Assembly (NCBI RefSeq): GCF_006345805.1
Contig: NC_042998.1
Location: 92,380,001 to 92,444,000, forward strand
Source: Octopus sinensis
Lineage: Eukaryota
DNA length: 64,000 nucleotides
Direction: 5' to 3'
The translations under genes were made by a program, and so were the position numbers. Under the pieces are notes generated by a model that was not told the DNA's origin, ran no database searches, and was given only the letters and a program-made list of their open reading frames with translations. Shown here piece after piece: positions 39,762 to 52,601 of this stretch. How positions within the stretch are numbered: position 1 is the first letter of the stretch; each line of letters begins with the position of its first letter.

Positions 39762-39983
39762 TCGGGGAAATTTTGAACCTGGGTTCTCATTCCTAGGTAT
39801 TTTTCGATGCTATTATTGTTATTCAGGTTACTGTTTGGAATTGGCCTTGGAATTTTGGGGTTAAGAGTGTGGGCTACTAACCCTAAGATTCTGAGTTCGA
39901 TTCCAAGCAGTGACCTGAACAACAATAATAATAACACCGAAAAATACCTTAGGAATGAGAACCCAGGTTCAAAATTTCCCCAA

Positions 39984-40029
39984 GACAACTGATGAAGGCT
40001 GGAGGGTATATGAGCCAAAACGTTGTGTT
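39984..40029 (+). ncRNA. Minimal type I hammerhead motif (G12A lesion, likely inactive)
   Basis: GACAA-CTGATGA-A-GGCT-ggagggtatatg-AGCC-AAAAC-GT-T-GTGTT. Confidence 0.5.
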
Positions 40030-42531
40030 AACAACAAACAAGATGAGGACAAATATCCGTCAAATGTAAATAATGTTATGAAATTTTGATGATGTTTATT
40101 TTGGGAATGATATTGTAGGATCGGTATGAGAGGCTGGATCTGCCCAGTGTAACTGCCAGAGAGTTAAGCAATATATGATGGACTCACTCTTCTCTATCAG
40201 TTTCAACTTATGAGCACATCCATTTGTTGACTCAACGGAACAACTTATTCATTAAATTAGTGTATCAAGTGGCTGAGTATTCCAAAAGTGTGTGTACACT
40301 TAATATGATTCTAAGTAGAACGAATATGATATTGTTGTAACAAAGCCAGACTTTTGAATAACAGATACCACACATCTGACAGGTTTCCACATAGTTATTT
40401 TTATCTTTTACTGGTTTCAGTCATTGGATTGCAGCTATGCTGGGGCACTACCTTAAAGGGTTTAGTCAAACAAATAGACCCCAGGATTTTTTTTTTTTTT
40501 TAAGACTTGTACTTATTCTGTTGGCCATTTGTTTTTGCTGACTGGGGTTGTCAATTATAAATACATATATACAATGGGATTCTTTTAGTTTCGGTACCCT
40601 AAATACACTAACTAGGCTTTGGTTAGCCTGAGGCTATATGAGAAGATACTTTCCAAAAGTGCCATGCAGTGGAGCTGAACCTGGAACTATGTGGTTGAGA
40701 AGCAAACTTCTTATAATGCAGCTATGCATCAATTTCATCCACATGGTTTGAGTGAACCCAAAGCTCTGGTAAAGATACTTGCTCAAGATATTATATAGTA
40801 GGACCAAACCCAAGACCTTATGGTTGTGAAGTGCATTTCATAGCCACTTGGCCACACCCATATTCTGCCAGCATGTCTTTCTTTTTTAAGATGTTACAGA
40901 TTATGTGGAATTTTGTAAATAAAAATGTATAAAACAGTTAAATAATCCCCTGTCATCACATTGCTTTGTAGTATCCCACATTCTCCACCACAAGAAAATA
41001 TGTTTCCAGGCTTTAGAAGTGGTAATAGCCATTGCAGGAATTTTGATTACAATAATATATATTTGCCTATGTGAATTAGGAATTGGTGGCGAGTGAAATT
41101 TTATAAACAGAATTTTGAGCCTTCACTGTATAGAAAATAGTTTAATATCAGGGCATATAAGAGAAAGTGTGTGTTCAATTCCCACACATACTAATGCCCA
41201 TTTTTTTCCATTATAAGGGCTTTTATGCCCTAATATTAGACTATTTTCTAAAGTCACTATACAGTGAAGGCTCATAATTTGATTCCAAAATATTTATTTA
41301 TTATTTATCTATATACATACACATTTGATATTACTGCTTGGAAAATTCTCTTCTCATAACATGCTTTATGATAAGCAAAATAGTTTAATAATATACTTAT
41401 AAGCTAGAATTCAAAGTTTATTCATTGATTCATGTTATTGCCAGGCTTTTGTTATTTCTGATATGAATGGTTGTGCAGCTTCCCTTTGAAGTTCACTTGT
41501 TTACACATAAAGCATATGAGATATTTTAAAATAATTTCTAATAAAATTCTATCTGCAATAAAACACATACACACATGCACGTTTACATGAAATATTAAAT
41601 AGTAAATATTTCTTCGTAGCTGATCATTTAATAATCTTTTTTTTTCTTTATAAAATATAAAGACAAACAATTTCAATACAGACAGAAACAGAATAATTTT
41701 ACAATAAAGATTTGCAATTTTCAATTGTCTATTCTTCAGATATAAAACATGGTCCAGTGAATTCTACTAATATAATAGTTATAGAAAAGTTAGAGAAATT
41801 CTAGTGTAGTAAATATTATTGGATGACATTTGATATTTTGTTTGTAGGAATCCTATGTAAAAGGATAACTTTTAGAAAACTTTTATATTTACATTATTTT
41901 TCAGTCTTCCTATTTCTATCAGTAAAGGTTGAAATTATAACCCTGGATATTTGCTTTAATAACCCTTTCAATCTAAATTTAAATGACCCTTGTCACTATT
42001 TTGTAGATTTCCCACTTCTATAAAACAGCCTTCATTTGACTAGGAAAATAATGTGATTTTCAAGTATGTGATGTGACAACACAATAACTAAATTTTAAGC
42101 AATGCTGAAATCTAAGTGAACATCTAATTTCATTTTATCTATGAAGCTGTTTCTCAGATGTATCGATATTTTTTAATATGAGTTGTTTGTTGAAATTGTT
42201 GTTTGCATTTTGAACAGCAAGGTCTAAAATGATGATCTGCATACTGATTCTTAATACATTCCCGCAGATTTAAATGTAAATATGCCAATCATTGTTGTAC
42301 ATGTCACAGGAGAAAAAATTCTCCCTTTTACATGTTCATAACACACTGGGTGCATTGGTACAAGGGATTCTGGGACATCAGTGTGTCACCATATTTTTCA
42401 TCAGCTAGAAATACCCAGTCCTTTGAGCCTAAACAGGCACCAATGTGGTTTATAATTTCTGCAAACAAGCTGTTTTCTGATCAGTGTGAATATCTGCTTA
42501 TAGAAATACTTGATCAAAACTGAGTACTTAC

Positions 42532-42657
42532 AGAGAACACCATTTTTGATTCCAAAAACAAAGCAATGTCTCCATGTCCATTTTTTTCCGCAATATCACA
42601 AGGTGTCAGTTGATCTACATTTTCTATAAATAACGGAGATCCATTTTGTACAAGTAA
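42532..42657 (-). CDS. ANKIB1: ANKIB1-like RBR E3 ligase, internal exon 1 of 7 in window (last ankyrin repeat): [42 protein letters not shown]
   Basis: 126 nt, phase 0-0. Acceptor ttttttttcag, donor gtaagt. Ankyrin TPxDxA motif; closely resembles the recalled vertebrate ANKIB1 segment ending ...LESQMVFS. Confidence 0.92.
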
Positions 42658-43169
42658 CTGAAAAAAAACAAAAATTTCATATGCAATCAATTAAAATAAA
42701 AGGAAGTTAAAATAAGGAAAATAGTAAAAAAATTAAAACAACATTGACACAATTATCCTTGTTAATTTTGAAGTATGATCATTACATCAACCAGATTATC
42801 AGATGTAGCTATACACTGCTAGTCACAATGCACTTCACCACATCGTTTTGGCCTTCAAATGATTTCTCCCCACTGGCTAGGTGGGCAAGCTGACATTCCC
42901 ACTGAACAGGATACTGATTCATCACAGGGTTACCCATTTATATTGTAAAATGAAGTGTTTTGCTGAAGAACACAAAGCACCACCAGTCTGTGAATTGAAA
43001 CAATGATCTTGTGATTGAGTGTGCAATACCCTAGCTTCAAGCCATGCACCATCATTTAAAGTATAATAGTAATCAAGAAAAAAAAAGAAGAAATATTGGG
43101 GTTGATATTTTAAGGTTAAAGTAATTTATTTTCTATTTCAAGGTTTAGTTAGAAAAGTTTGGGCAATGC

Positions 43170-44150
43170 CCATAATCACTTTGAAACCCTCTGAAACGCA
43201 AGAAATGCAAGAAACTATCCTAACATGCAAGCAATACATCATGCCTTCCACTCAGACACCAATCTTTTACTCATTAACTATTCAGACTATCACTATTGTC
43301 CAGTTTATATTCTCCATTCCAACTTCACTCGGAAAATTACATCTTCCTCTGCATGTAATCCACTTAACTGTCACACCTGGATATTATTGGAAATGAATTA
43401 CTTACAGTTGCTACCACTTCAAAATCCCCTTTTTTATTTTTCTACCTCTCTCTGAATTAATTCTCTGGTCGGCAGCAACTTTTTAACTATCACTCTCATC
43501 CTGCATTGAGGACACCTGTCTCACATTCCTCTTCTTTAAAATTTGTTCTAGCTCCCTTCAATGCTGATGTCTACAAAAAGAACTACTACTACTATTACTA
43601 CTACTCTTTGCTACTGCACTCCTACCACACTGATGCTGGCATTGCAGAAGCTGAATTATATGAAATTTTCAACAGATCACTGCTTGCTCTTATCTATCAT
43701 TGACACAAAGACATCCAGACAAACCTCATTTCTTTCTTAACTTCAACCCTGTCTTACCTTTTTCCGAACACCTATCACTTCCCCTACCAAGTTATCTGGC
43801 TCCTACCTAATCAATGCTTCCCACCATCCATTAGCACATAGTGATGAATCCCCTATCTTTAAAACTTGTGACTCTTCCATTATTACTCTGATGATCTTTG
43901 ACAACAAATATACTTCATTACAGATACATTGACATCAGCTAATCTGGTGACCAAGACTACACTCTTAGTCATATCCCTTTACTTGCCTCAGACACTCAGA
44001 ACTCACAACACCATATTTTGTAACTGGCTGACTTGCAGCTGTGCACAAGCAATTCAAGTAAAGAATGACAGATGCAACATCTGGAGAAACACCTCTACCA
44101 ACTGGGTGGCTTTTATTCATCCACCATTGCAATTCCTCCAAGACTATTAC
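43170..44150 (+). mobile_element. Highly decayed LINE endonuclease-region remnant
   Basis: C/T-rich block with fragments such as FVLAPFNADV..HTDAGIAEA and NLISFLTS, resembling the GDFNxH / TD..G region of Jockey/CR1 AP endonucleases; many stops. Confidence 0.4.
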
Positions 44151-44698
44151 ATTTCCATAATATATATATATATATATAATATATATATATATATATTTGC
44201 TCTGAGCTTAGACTTGGGGGGGGGGACCAGATTGAACAGTCTCAAGTGTAATGGCCTGAAACTGTAAGGACATCTGGTGACTTGACTGAGGAAAGAAAGC
44301 CACAAATGACCTGTCCTTTTTTCCTGTCCATCTAATTGCTGTTTTTCTTGTCTGCCTTTGTATCATCTATCTGTCTGGATGCTTTATTGTCCTCTATTGC
44401 GTTTTTGTTCCATTTTATACACTCACGCACACATATATATGTGTGCGTGTGCGTGTATGTGTATTCTTTATTCTTTTGTTTCAGTCATTGGAATGCAGCC
44501 ATGCTGGAGCATTGCCTTTAGTCGAAGAAATCAACCACAGGACTTATTCTTTGTAAGCCTAGTACTTATTCTATCGGCCTCTTTTGCAAAACCACTACGT
44601 TACGGGGATGTAAACACAACAGCATCGGTTGTCAAGTGATGGTGAGGGGACAAAGACAGATACACAAACACACACACATATACATCTATACATACATA

Positions 44699-45066
44699 TA
44701 GGAGTGGCTGTGTGGTAAATAGCTTGCTTACCAACCACATGGTTCCGGGTTCAGTCCCACTGCGTGGCACCTTGGGCAAGTGTCTTCTACTATAGCCTTG
44801 GGCCGACAAAAGCCTTGTGAGTGGATTTGGTAGATGGAAACTGAAAGAAGCCCATTGTATATATGTATATATATATATATGTATGTCTGTGTTTGTCCCC
44901 CCAACATCGCTTGACAACCGATGGTGGTGTGTTTATGTCCCCATAACTTAGCGGTTCGGCAAAAGAGACCAATAGAATAAGTACTAGGCTTACAAAGAAT
45001 AAGTCCTGGGGTCAATTTGCGGTGCTCTAGCATGGCCGCAGTCAAATGACTGAAACAAGTAAAAGA
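44699..45066 (+). mobile_element. tRNA-headed CORE-like SINE, family 1 (near full-length)
   Basis: ggagtggctgtgtggtaa (A-box-like), gggttcagtcc (B-box-like), ccttgggcaagt (MIR/CORE-like), internal (TA)n, ends gactgaaacaagtaaaaga. Further copies near 38313, 40410(-), 47690(-), 48145(-), 53360(-), 54975, 61079(-) and 62560(-). Confidence 0.85.
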
Positions 45067-45079
45067 GCAAAGAGTATAC

Positions 45080-45142
<63 letters not shown>

Positions 45143-45228
45143 AATCAATAAATGGTGGGGTTGTGTTGACCACACGTGGAGAAATGATAGGCAAATGATA
45201 GGCAAGGAAAAATAATAATTTTTCCTTG

Positions 45229-45279
<51 letters not shown>

Positions 45280-45691
45280 ATGTGTATGTATATATATAAG
45301 TGTGTGTATTTATTATTAGTTTTGCAAGATTCCTGAAACAAATATTGTTATATTTGAGGATGGTCATATTTTTGACAGTTAATCACACATATTATATATT
45401 GAGTTTTCACCTCAGCTTCATTATTATTATTACTTTAGCATCCTTTGTCACTAAAATCATCATTGTTTAATGCCCGCTTTCCATGCTGGAATGGGTTGGA
45501 TGGTTTGAGATAGAGCTGGCTAGCATAGCTGGCCAGATTTTGGTTGTCTGTTGTGGCATGGTTTCTATGGCTGGATACCCATCCTAACACCAAAAAGAAT
45601 TGTAATAAAGCTGAAGTGAAAACCAAGTATATAGTGTGTATGGTTAATTAGCAAAAATATGACCATCACCAAATATAACAATTTATATATA

Positions 45692-46497
45692 CAGGATGTG
45701 ATGGGTAAATAGTTGCCATTTTATATTTTTAATTTCGCACATGCACATTGTTTGTTCTTGATTTTGTTGACTACACAGTATAGTAAGGTCAGTTGGGCAC
45801 CGTCTGTGAGAAAAACAGCACCATCACATATTTCACTCAACCAGAAATTTGGAAATGACATGCTGTACTGCTTGGCATTCATGCTGGAAGCTCCAATATG
45901 AACATTTCAGAGTGTTTGGGTGTCAATCTGAGGACTAGCTATGTTCCCAAAATGTGTAGCAAGAGTGATAAAAATAAAAAATCCAGTCAACATCATGGTG
46001 TTTGGAGTGATCACTAGTGATGGCAATGTTATACCTCCATTCATCTTCCTCAGACTCAACATGGAGCTCTACATCAAGTGCCTGGAGGAGGCAGTGCTGC
46101 CCTGGGTCAAGAGAGTGGCTGCTGGAAGACCCTATGTCTAGCAACAACACTCTGCATCATGCCATACAAGCAGGAGAGCTCAGTCATGGCCGTTGGACAA
46201 TTTCTGGGGTGCAGTTGAGCAAGAGACCAACAAACTTCCTTGTAACACCAAAGATGAACTAAACACAAGGATTGCAGCATTGCCCAACTTAAACAAGGAG
46301 ACCGTTCAGAAAATTTGCAGGAGATTTTGAAGTCATCTGGAGGCCATGATTGAAGCCAATGACAATTTTATTGAATATATTTACTGTTTAGTATTATAAG
46401 ATATTTTATGTAATTTTGGTAAATACCTATGTTAAAATGAGATGTCACTGTTATCTTTATTCTTGCATAATTTAGATGACAGTTTATTCATCACACT
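45692..46497 (+). mobile_element. Internally deleted Tc1/mariner-superfamily (maT-like) transposon
   Basis: TA|CAGGATGTGATGGGTAAA left end. Transposase piece KNPVNIMVFGVITSDGNVIPPFIF...LEEAVLPWVKRVAAGRPYV*QQ; degenerate right TIR. Confidence 0.75.
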
Positions 46498-49400
46498 TTT
46501 CTCCATGATTGCATGATCAGGTGGAGTTTCTTGAAGCAGAATTTCTAGAGCTAGATGCCTTTCCTGTCACCAAACCTCACCTATTTCCAAGCAAGATACT
46601 TTTTTCCATGAATGACACTGTTCACATAGCAGTGATACTCACAGCTATCACACAATGTCAAAACACACACACACCACATGACAAGCTTCTTTCAGTTTTC
46701 ATCTACAAAACCCACTCAAAAGATTTGGATTGGCCAGGGGTTATAGAAGACACTTGTTCAACGTGCAACCATATGATTAGGAAGTAAACTTAACCACACA
46801 GCCACAACTGTACCTACATACACATATATGAAAATACATTCACTCATGCAAATGCAAAAGCTAAAAGTTCAGTTAGAAGCAAAGAGCAGGACTTGCTACA
46901 TAAAACTGTATTGACAAGTGTGTGTAATAAGGACTGGGTGAGCAATTTACTAAGATACTGAAAGTGTAATACTGTAAAAAGAAAAATATCTATTTTGCAT
47001 TAATAGTTAAATGAAAATATTAAATTTATAGTCAGCTAAAATTCAGCTTAAATCATGGCTAAAATCTACAATCAGCTAAAAATAATGTTAAGATTATGTA
47101 CCATATAACACGATACAGACAAATTATGCAATATATAATGAGCTAAGATGCAACTTCATTACAGCTGAAAATGTAAAGAAAAAAATCAAACATACTTTAC
47201 ATTAATAGTAAAAAGTAAATATTAAATCAATAGTTTTTCATTTTAACAAATATCTCAAAGAGTGTCTTTGAGAACTGAGTCAAGAGTTATCAGTAGTATA
47301 AAGTAATTAATTATTTAGTCCTGAAAATAAAGCCATTAATGAACTCCAGTTATTAGCTGCAGAGAAAATGTCTAACATTAATTTTCACTGTTCTTATTTG
47401 ACAATTTATATTGAGATTTTTATTTTACAAAGATGCTAAGTCTGTGTTGAGATTGAAATGTACAGATGAAATCAGTTGACACTGTTTGTAAGACACAAAC
47501 CATTTCCGCAAAAGATACCCATACCCGGGAAGTAAAGATCAATCAATCAATTTATATCTTACTGAAATGTCTTGGCTCATTTCCCTCCACTACTTCTTCC
47601 CAAGTTATCCATATTTGTGAAATCTCCAATAATAAGAAGAAATGATTTTCTTATCTAGAGAGTTGTAGTAATTTGTCTTCTACTTTTTATTTGTTTCAAT
47701 CATTAGACTGCAGCCATGCTGGAACTCTGGCTTGAAGAATTTTAGCTAAACAAATTAAGCTCAATACATTTTTTTTTACTGGCCTGGTACTTATTCTTAC
47801 AGTTTCTTTTATCAAATTGCCAAGTTACAAAGACATAAACAAACTAACACCAGTTGTCAAGTAGTGGTGAGGGACAAACAAACACCACCCATCCCCCCCA
47901 CACAAACGTTTCTTTCAATTTCTGTCTACCACTAATTCCATTCACAAGGTTTTAGTTGGCCCAAGGCTATAATACAACACCCTTGCCAAAGGTGTCACAG
48001 AGCAGGACTGAACCTGGAACAATGTGTCTGGGAAGCAAACTGCATACCTCACAGCCATACCTGCACATAATATTTTATCTTTAAAACAAGGGTGTATATG
48101 CATTTTATTTGCACATATTTTGTATCTTTTTAAGTTATCTTTCCTTTGTTTCATTCATTAGACTGGGACCATGCTAGAGCACTGCCCTGAAGGGTTTAGT
48201 TGAACAAATCAACTCCGGTGCTTTTTTTTTAAAGTCTGAGACTTATTTTATTCATCTCTTTTGACAAATCACTACGTTATGGGGGATCTAAACACACCAA
48301 CACCAGCTGTCAAGTAGTGGCAGAGGACAAACAAACACTGACAAACAAATGATGGGGTTCTTTCAGTTTCCATCAACCAAATCCACTCATAAGGCTTTGG
48401 TTGGCCTGAAGCTAAAGTAGATGTCCAAGGAGTGGGCCTGAACCTAGAATCATGAAGTTGGGAAGCAAACTTCTTACGACACAGCCGTGCATGCACCTAC
48501 GCACCAACAATGTTTGTATTCTTTAACAGATTTCCTTTTGTAAAGATGCAATCTATAATTTACAACTGATGGGGGAAAGAGAGAAGGCTTAGAATGTATC
48601 ATCAATCTTATAACCTTAAGTAGTTACATTTAATATTTATTTGATTTATGTAAATAAAAATATTTTTAATTTTCAATCCATGCTCATTATTATTCAAAAA
48701 CATAAGTAAACTTTGAAGTCTTCTCTGGCAAAATGATGAAAAGATTTGAAGATGGCAATTAAGAACTTTAATTTCTTCCACCATATATTAATTAAATAGT
48801 TACAGCAAAGATATTTACTTTGAAATTAGAAAATTTACACTTATAGAGTTAATGATGTTAACTTTTTAAATGTTACATTATGTGAGCCAGAGTTGAAATT
48901 AGCTTATATATCTGCATATATTATCAAACATTTCATTCAACAGACTTCATCAGATGAGTGACCTAATCCTCAAAATTATTAATATCAAAAATTAGATTAG
49001 TAATTATTCAATTATAGCTAACAAATGTTTAATACACAAACATTAGTTTAAGAACAGTATGTCTATGAGGCTGTAAATCTTATTAAGAATAAAGAGTTAA
49101 GAAAATAACTAAAAGTTTAAAGGCCCAAATCCTGTCATTATAACATGAGGTTATTTTTCCTCATATCATTATTATATATATCATTATCTTTAATATGTCT
49201 TTGAATGGCAGAACTGTTAGCACATCAGACAAAATGCTGCATTTTGTCTGGCTCTTTGCCTTCTGAGTGCAAATTCCAAAAAGGTTAACTTTGCCTTTCA
49301 TCTATTCAAGGTCAATATAATAGGTATCAATTGAGCATGAAGTTAAGTTACAAAAAACTTGTTGGCCTTGTCCCAAAATTAGAAAGCATTACTATTATTC

Positions 49401-50173
49401 ATCATTATCATCATCATCATCATTTAACATCCGTTGTCCATGCTGGTAAGGGCTGGATGGTTTGACCAGGGCTGTTAAGCTGGAAGGCTACATCAGACTC
49501 CAGTCCGATTTGGTATGATTTTCTATGGTTGGATACCCTTCCTAACACCAATCACTCAGAATGTAATAGGTGCTTTTACATGCCATCAGCACAGGTTCCA
49601 TTTGTGTGACACCAGTATCTGCCACAACTGTGACTTTGCTCAGCTTGAGGGTCTTCTTCACAAGCACAACATAATGCCAAAGGTCTCGGTCATTGCCTTC
49701 ATGAGGCCCAAGACAGTGAGCTGGCAGAATCATTAGCACACTGGACAAAATGCTCAGCGGCATTTCGTCCATCTTTAAGTTTTGCGTTCAAATTCTGCCG
49801 AGGTCATCTTTTCGAGGTCAATAAAATTAATATCAGTTGAATACTGGGGTCAATGTAATCGACTCATCCCCTCCCCCCACATTGCTGCCCTTGTAGCAAA
49901 ATTATAATTATAATAATTATTATTATTATTATTAGATACTAATGCTTTTGGTGGGGTCAATAAAATAAATACCAGCCAAGCACTAGGTTGATGCAATTGA
50001 CTACTCTCTCCCTCTGAATTTGCTGACCTTGTGCCAAAATTTGAAACAATTATTAGATACTGATATCTTCACCCATTTTCTTCCTTAAGCTTCTATTATT
50101 ACTATGTTTGGTCATTATTATTATTAGCACCCATTTATGTATTTTTATGTTCTTAGGTTTACAAAATCATATA

Positions 50174-50663
50174 CAGTAAATCCTTGAGTATAATTTATAG
50201 GTCAAAATCCCTAGTGTGTACTATATACGAGGTTAAAAATGAAAATTATTTTCTAAGCAATGTCCGAGTCTCTATTTGCTGTCCGGCAATGTTTATTCAG
50301 ATACATTTTGTGATGTTGGTCGCGAAAATACCTTAAGCTAAGCCTGAAACAATGAAGTCATAAAAGAATCATCCATAACTTGCAGTAAGCAACATTTATT
50401 AAACGTTATTACAGTTATTTCTTTATTTTCTGCAAACAAAATGCACAAAAAGCTATACGTTTGCATTATGTTATATATACAATAATAATAAAGGACGTTA
50501 CCGTTTACATTTTTACAAATCACGGACGTTATATAGACCTCCTTGACTCAAGTTAGAGAAAGGGTGTGTATTATACACAAGGTTTAAGTTTTTCAGAGGT
50601 ACAGCCCCCTAAAAATCCCCTGTGTATTATACTCAAGGGCGGACTATACTCGAGGATTTACGG
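50174..50663. mobile_element. pogo/Tigger-like MITE (490 bp)
   Basis: TA|CAGTAAATCCTTGAGTATA ... TATACTCGAGGATTTACGG|TA: 19-bp TIRs with 2 mismatches, TA duplication. Confidence 0.8.
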
Positions 50664-51699
50664 TATTTACTATGGATAAAAAGAGACTGATAATAAGATG
50701 ATTCTATGTATTCCTATAATTTCTGTTATTCCTATAATTCCTGTAATTTCTGTTATAAGTGAGAGATAGTGCAAAAGTTTCCCCACAGTTGCCTGTTGGA
50801 ACACCTGCCTACATCACCATGGCCTGACAGCCAGTACTCCTGACATCATTATAGGCAACTAAAATAAACCCAACCTCATTAATGGAATCTTCCATTAGCA
50901 CCATAATGTAGAGAACTTCCTGTAGAGATAACTCTTGTAGAATAAATAGCTTGGCAACTACCACAATCCTCTATAAATTATGAAGACAACTTCAATTCCA
51001 ACTAAGTGTCCCTAAACTAGTAACAAATCTTGGAAACAAATTTTGATGACTATAAAAATTACTGTATTTCAGTCACACTAAGCAATCATATTATTATGGA
51101 GGGGTGTTATAGATAATTGTCATGAAGACCCAACCACTATATGACCATGCCAAAAGTAAAGTATGGACTTTGAACCTGTATCACAGGTTGCTTTACTGGG
51201 AGGACAAAAGTGGTTTCAAATAAAAATTAATATATAATGCTGCCTGACTGGCTCTCATGCTGGTGGCATGTAAAAAGCACCATTTGAGTGTGGTCGTTGC
51301 CAGTGCTGCCTGACTGATTCCCATGCCGGTGGCACATAAAAAGCACCATCCAAGCGTGGTTGTTGTCAGTACTGCCTGACTGGCTCCCATGCTGCTGGCA
51401 TGTAGAAAGCACCGTTTAAACATGGTCGATGCCAGTACAGCCTGACTAGCCCTCATGCCAGAGGCATGTAAAATACACCCACTACACTCTTGGAGTGGTT
51501 GGCATTAGGAAGGGCATCTAGCTGTAGAAACCTTACCAGATCAGATTGGAGCCTGGTGCAGCCTTCTGGATTGTTAGTACTCAGTCCAAACCATGCCAAC
51601 ATGGAAAGCAGATGTTAAATGATGATGATAGGATGGGACAGCTTCTCTAGTGAATGGAAAGGAACATAGGGGAGATACAGTATTAACTGCTAAGAGCCA

Positions 51700-52480
51700 G
51701 GCCTGGAAGAAAGAGGAAACAAGGAACAATATCAAGTAGCTTACAGTTACGTGTAGCAAAGAGATATGGAAAGTCAGGGATGTGCCAACAGAAATGCAAA
51801 GTGTTCTGGATTTCACAACAGTATGTGAATGTAAATAATGACAACTTTGGGAAAAAGTGTGTATGGGATGATAGCAGCATTCAGACAGGGTAACAAAGAA
51901 TATGTATGTAACTAATGCACAGGTGTATATAACAGTATGAGAACTATGAAATATTCTTTCAAATGCATGGAGAAACCCATATTAGTAGTTCATAGAATTT
52001 GCTACCTTGGTAACCTAATAATCATAGGAGGCCAGAGTTCAAGGATAGGTTGGAAAAATTTGAGGGAGCTATTAATATTTCTAGCTACAAGGGGATTCTC
52101 TTTCTCACAGATTATCTGATGTTTGTGTATAAAGCACAGTGTTGCATGGTAGCAAAATTTGGGCACTGAATGCAAAGAATGTGCAAAAGCTGGAAAGAAG
52201 TAAGTATGCCCTGTTGGATGTATAATGTTAATGTGCATGAATGGCAGAGCATAAATGAGCACAGAAAAAGACTGGATATAAAGGGAATGAGATGTAGCAT
52301 TCACAAGACCTGATTGTGGTGGTGTGGACATGTGATGCATATAGTGGATAACAGATGGATCAATTTCCAAGTGATCCAAATGGAAGATTATGAAGATGAA
52401 GAATAAGAAAGACACAGGCATAAAGAGTGAAAGCTGATCTCAGGGATTACAACAAATGGTGAGACACTATGCTAGAGAAG
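51700..52480 (+). mobile_element. Old decayed RTE-type LINE remnant
   Basis: CYLGNLII...SRIGWKNLRELL and a later cacaagacctgattgtgg...aagacac segment are homologous to the 25900..26340 part of the RTE. Confidence 0.55.
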
Positions 52481-52555
52481 ATCTGTCAAACCCACAGAAA
52501 AGTGAGCATAACATGATGGCAATGATGATAATGACAATGAATGATTTACAATTTA

Positions 52556-52601
<46 letters not shown>

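Larger units (their letters stand above)
39636..40075. mobile_element. Hairpin retroelement: inverted arms each carrying a hammerhead motif, tRNA-like centre (Penelope-like, non-autonomous)
   Basis: Arms about 39669..39841 and 39900..40076. 12-bp direct repeat TTATGAAATTTT at 39624..39635 and 40076..40087. Central B-box-like GAGTTCGATTCC. Confidence 0.8.
39546..40163. mobile_element. TTAA-bounded MITE-like element hosting the hairpin insertion
   Basis: TTAA|CCATTTAG...AGAGAG|TTAA. Internal sequence matches related pieces at about 24668, 34040..34300 and 63598..63820. Confidence 0.55.

Noticed and set aside
44699-44760. tRNA gene candidates (A/B-box-like heads here, at 16205, 39845..39910 and 62400)
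   Set aside because: No complete cloverleaf is visible, and each runs into a repeat body, so they are SINE heads.
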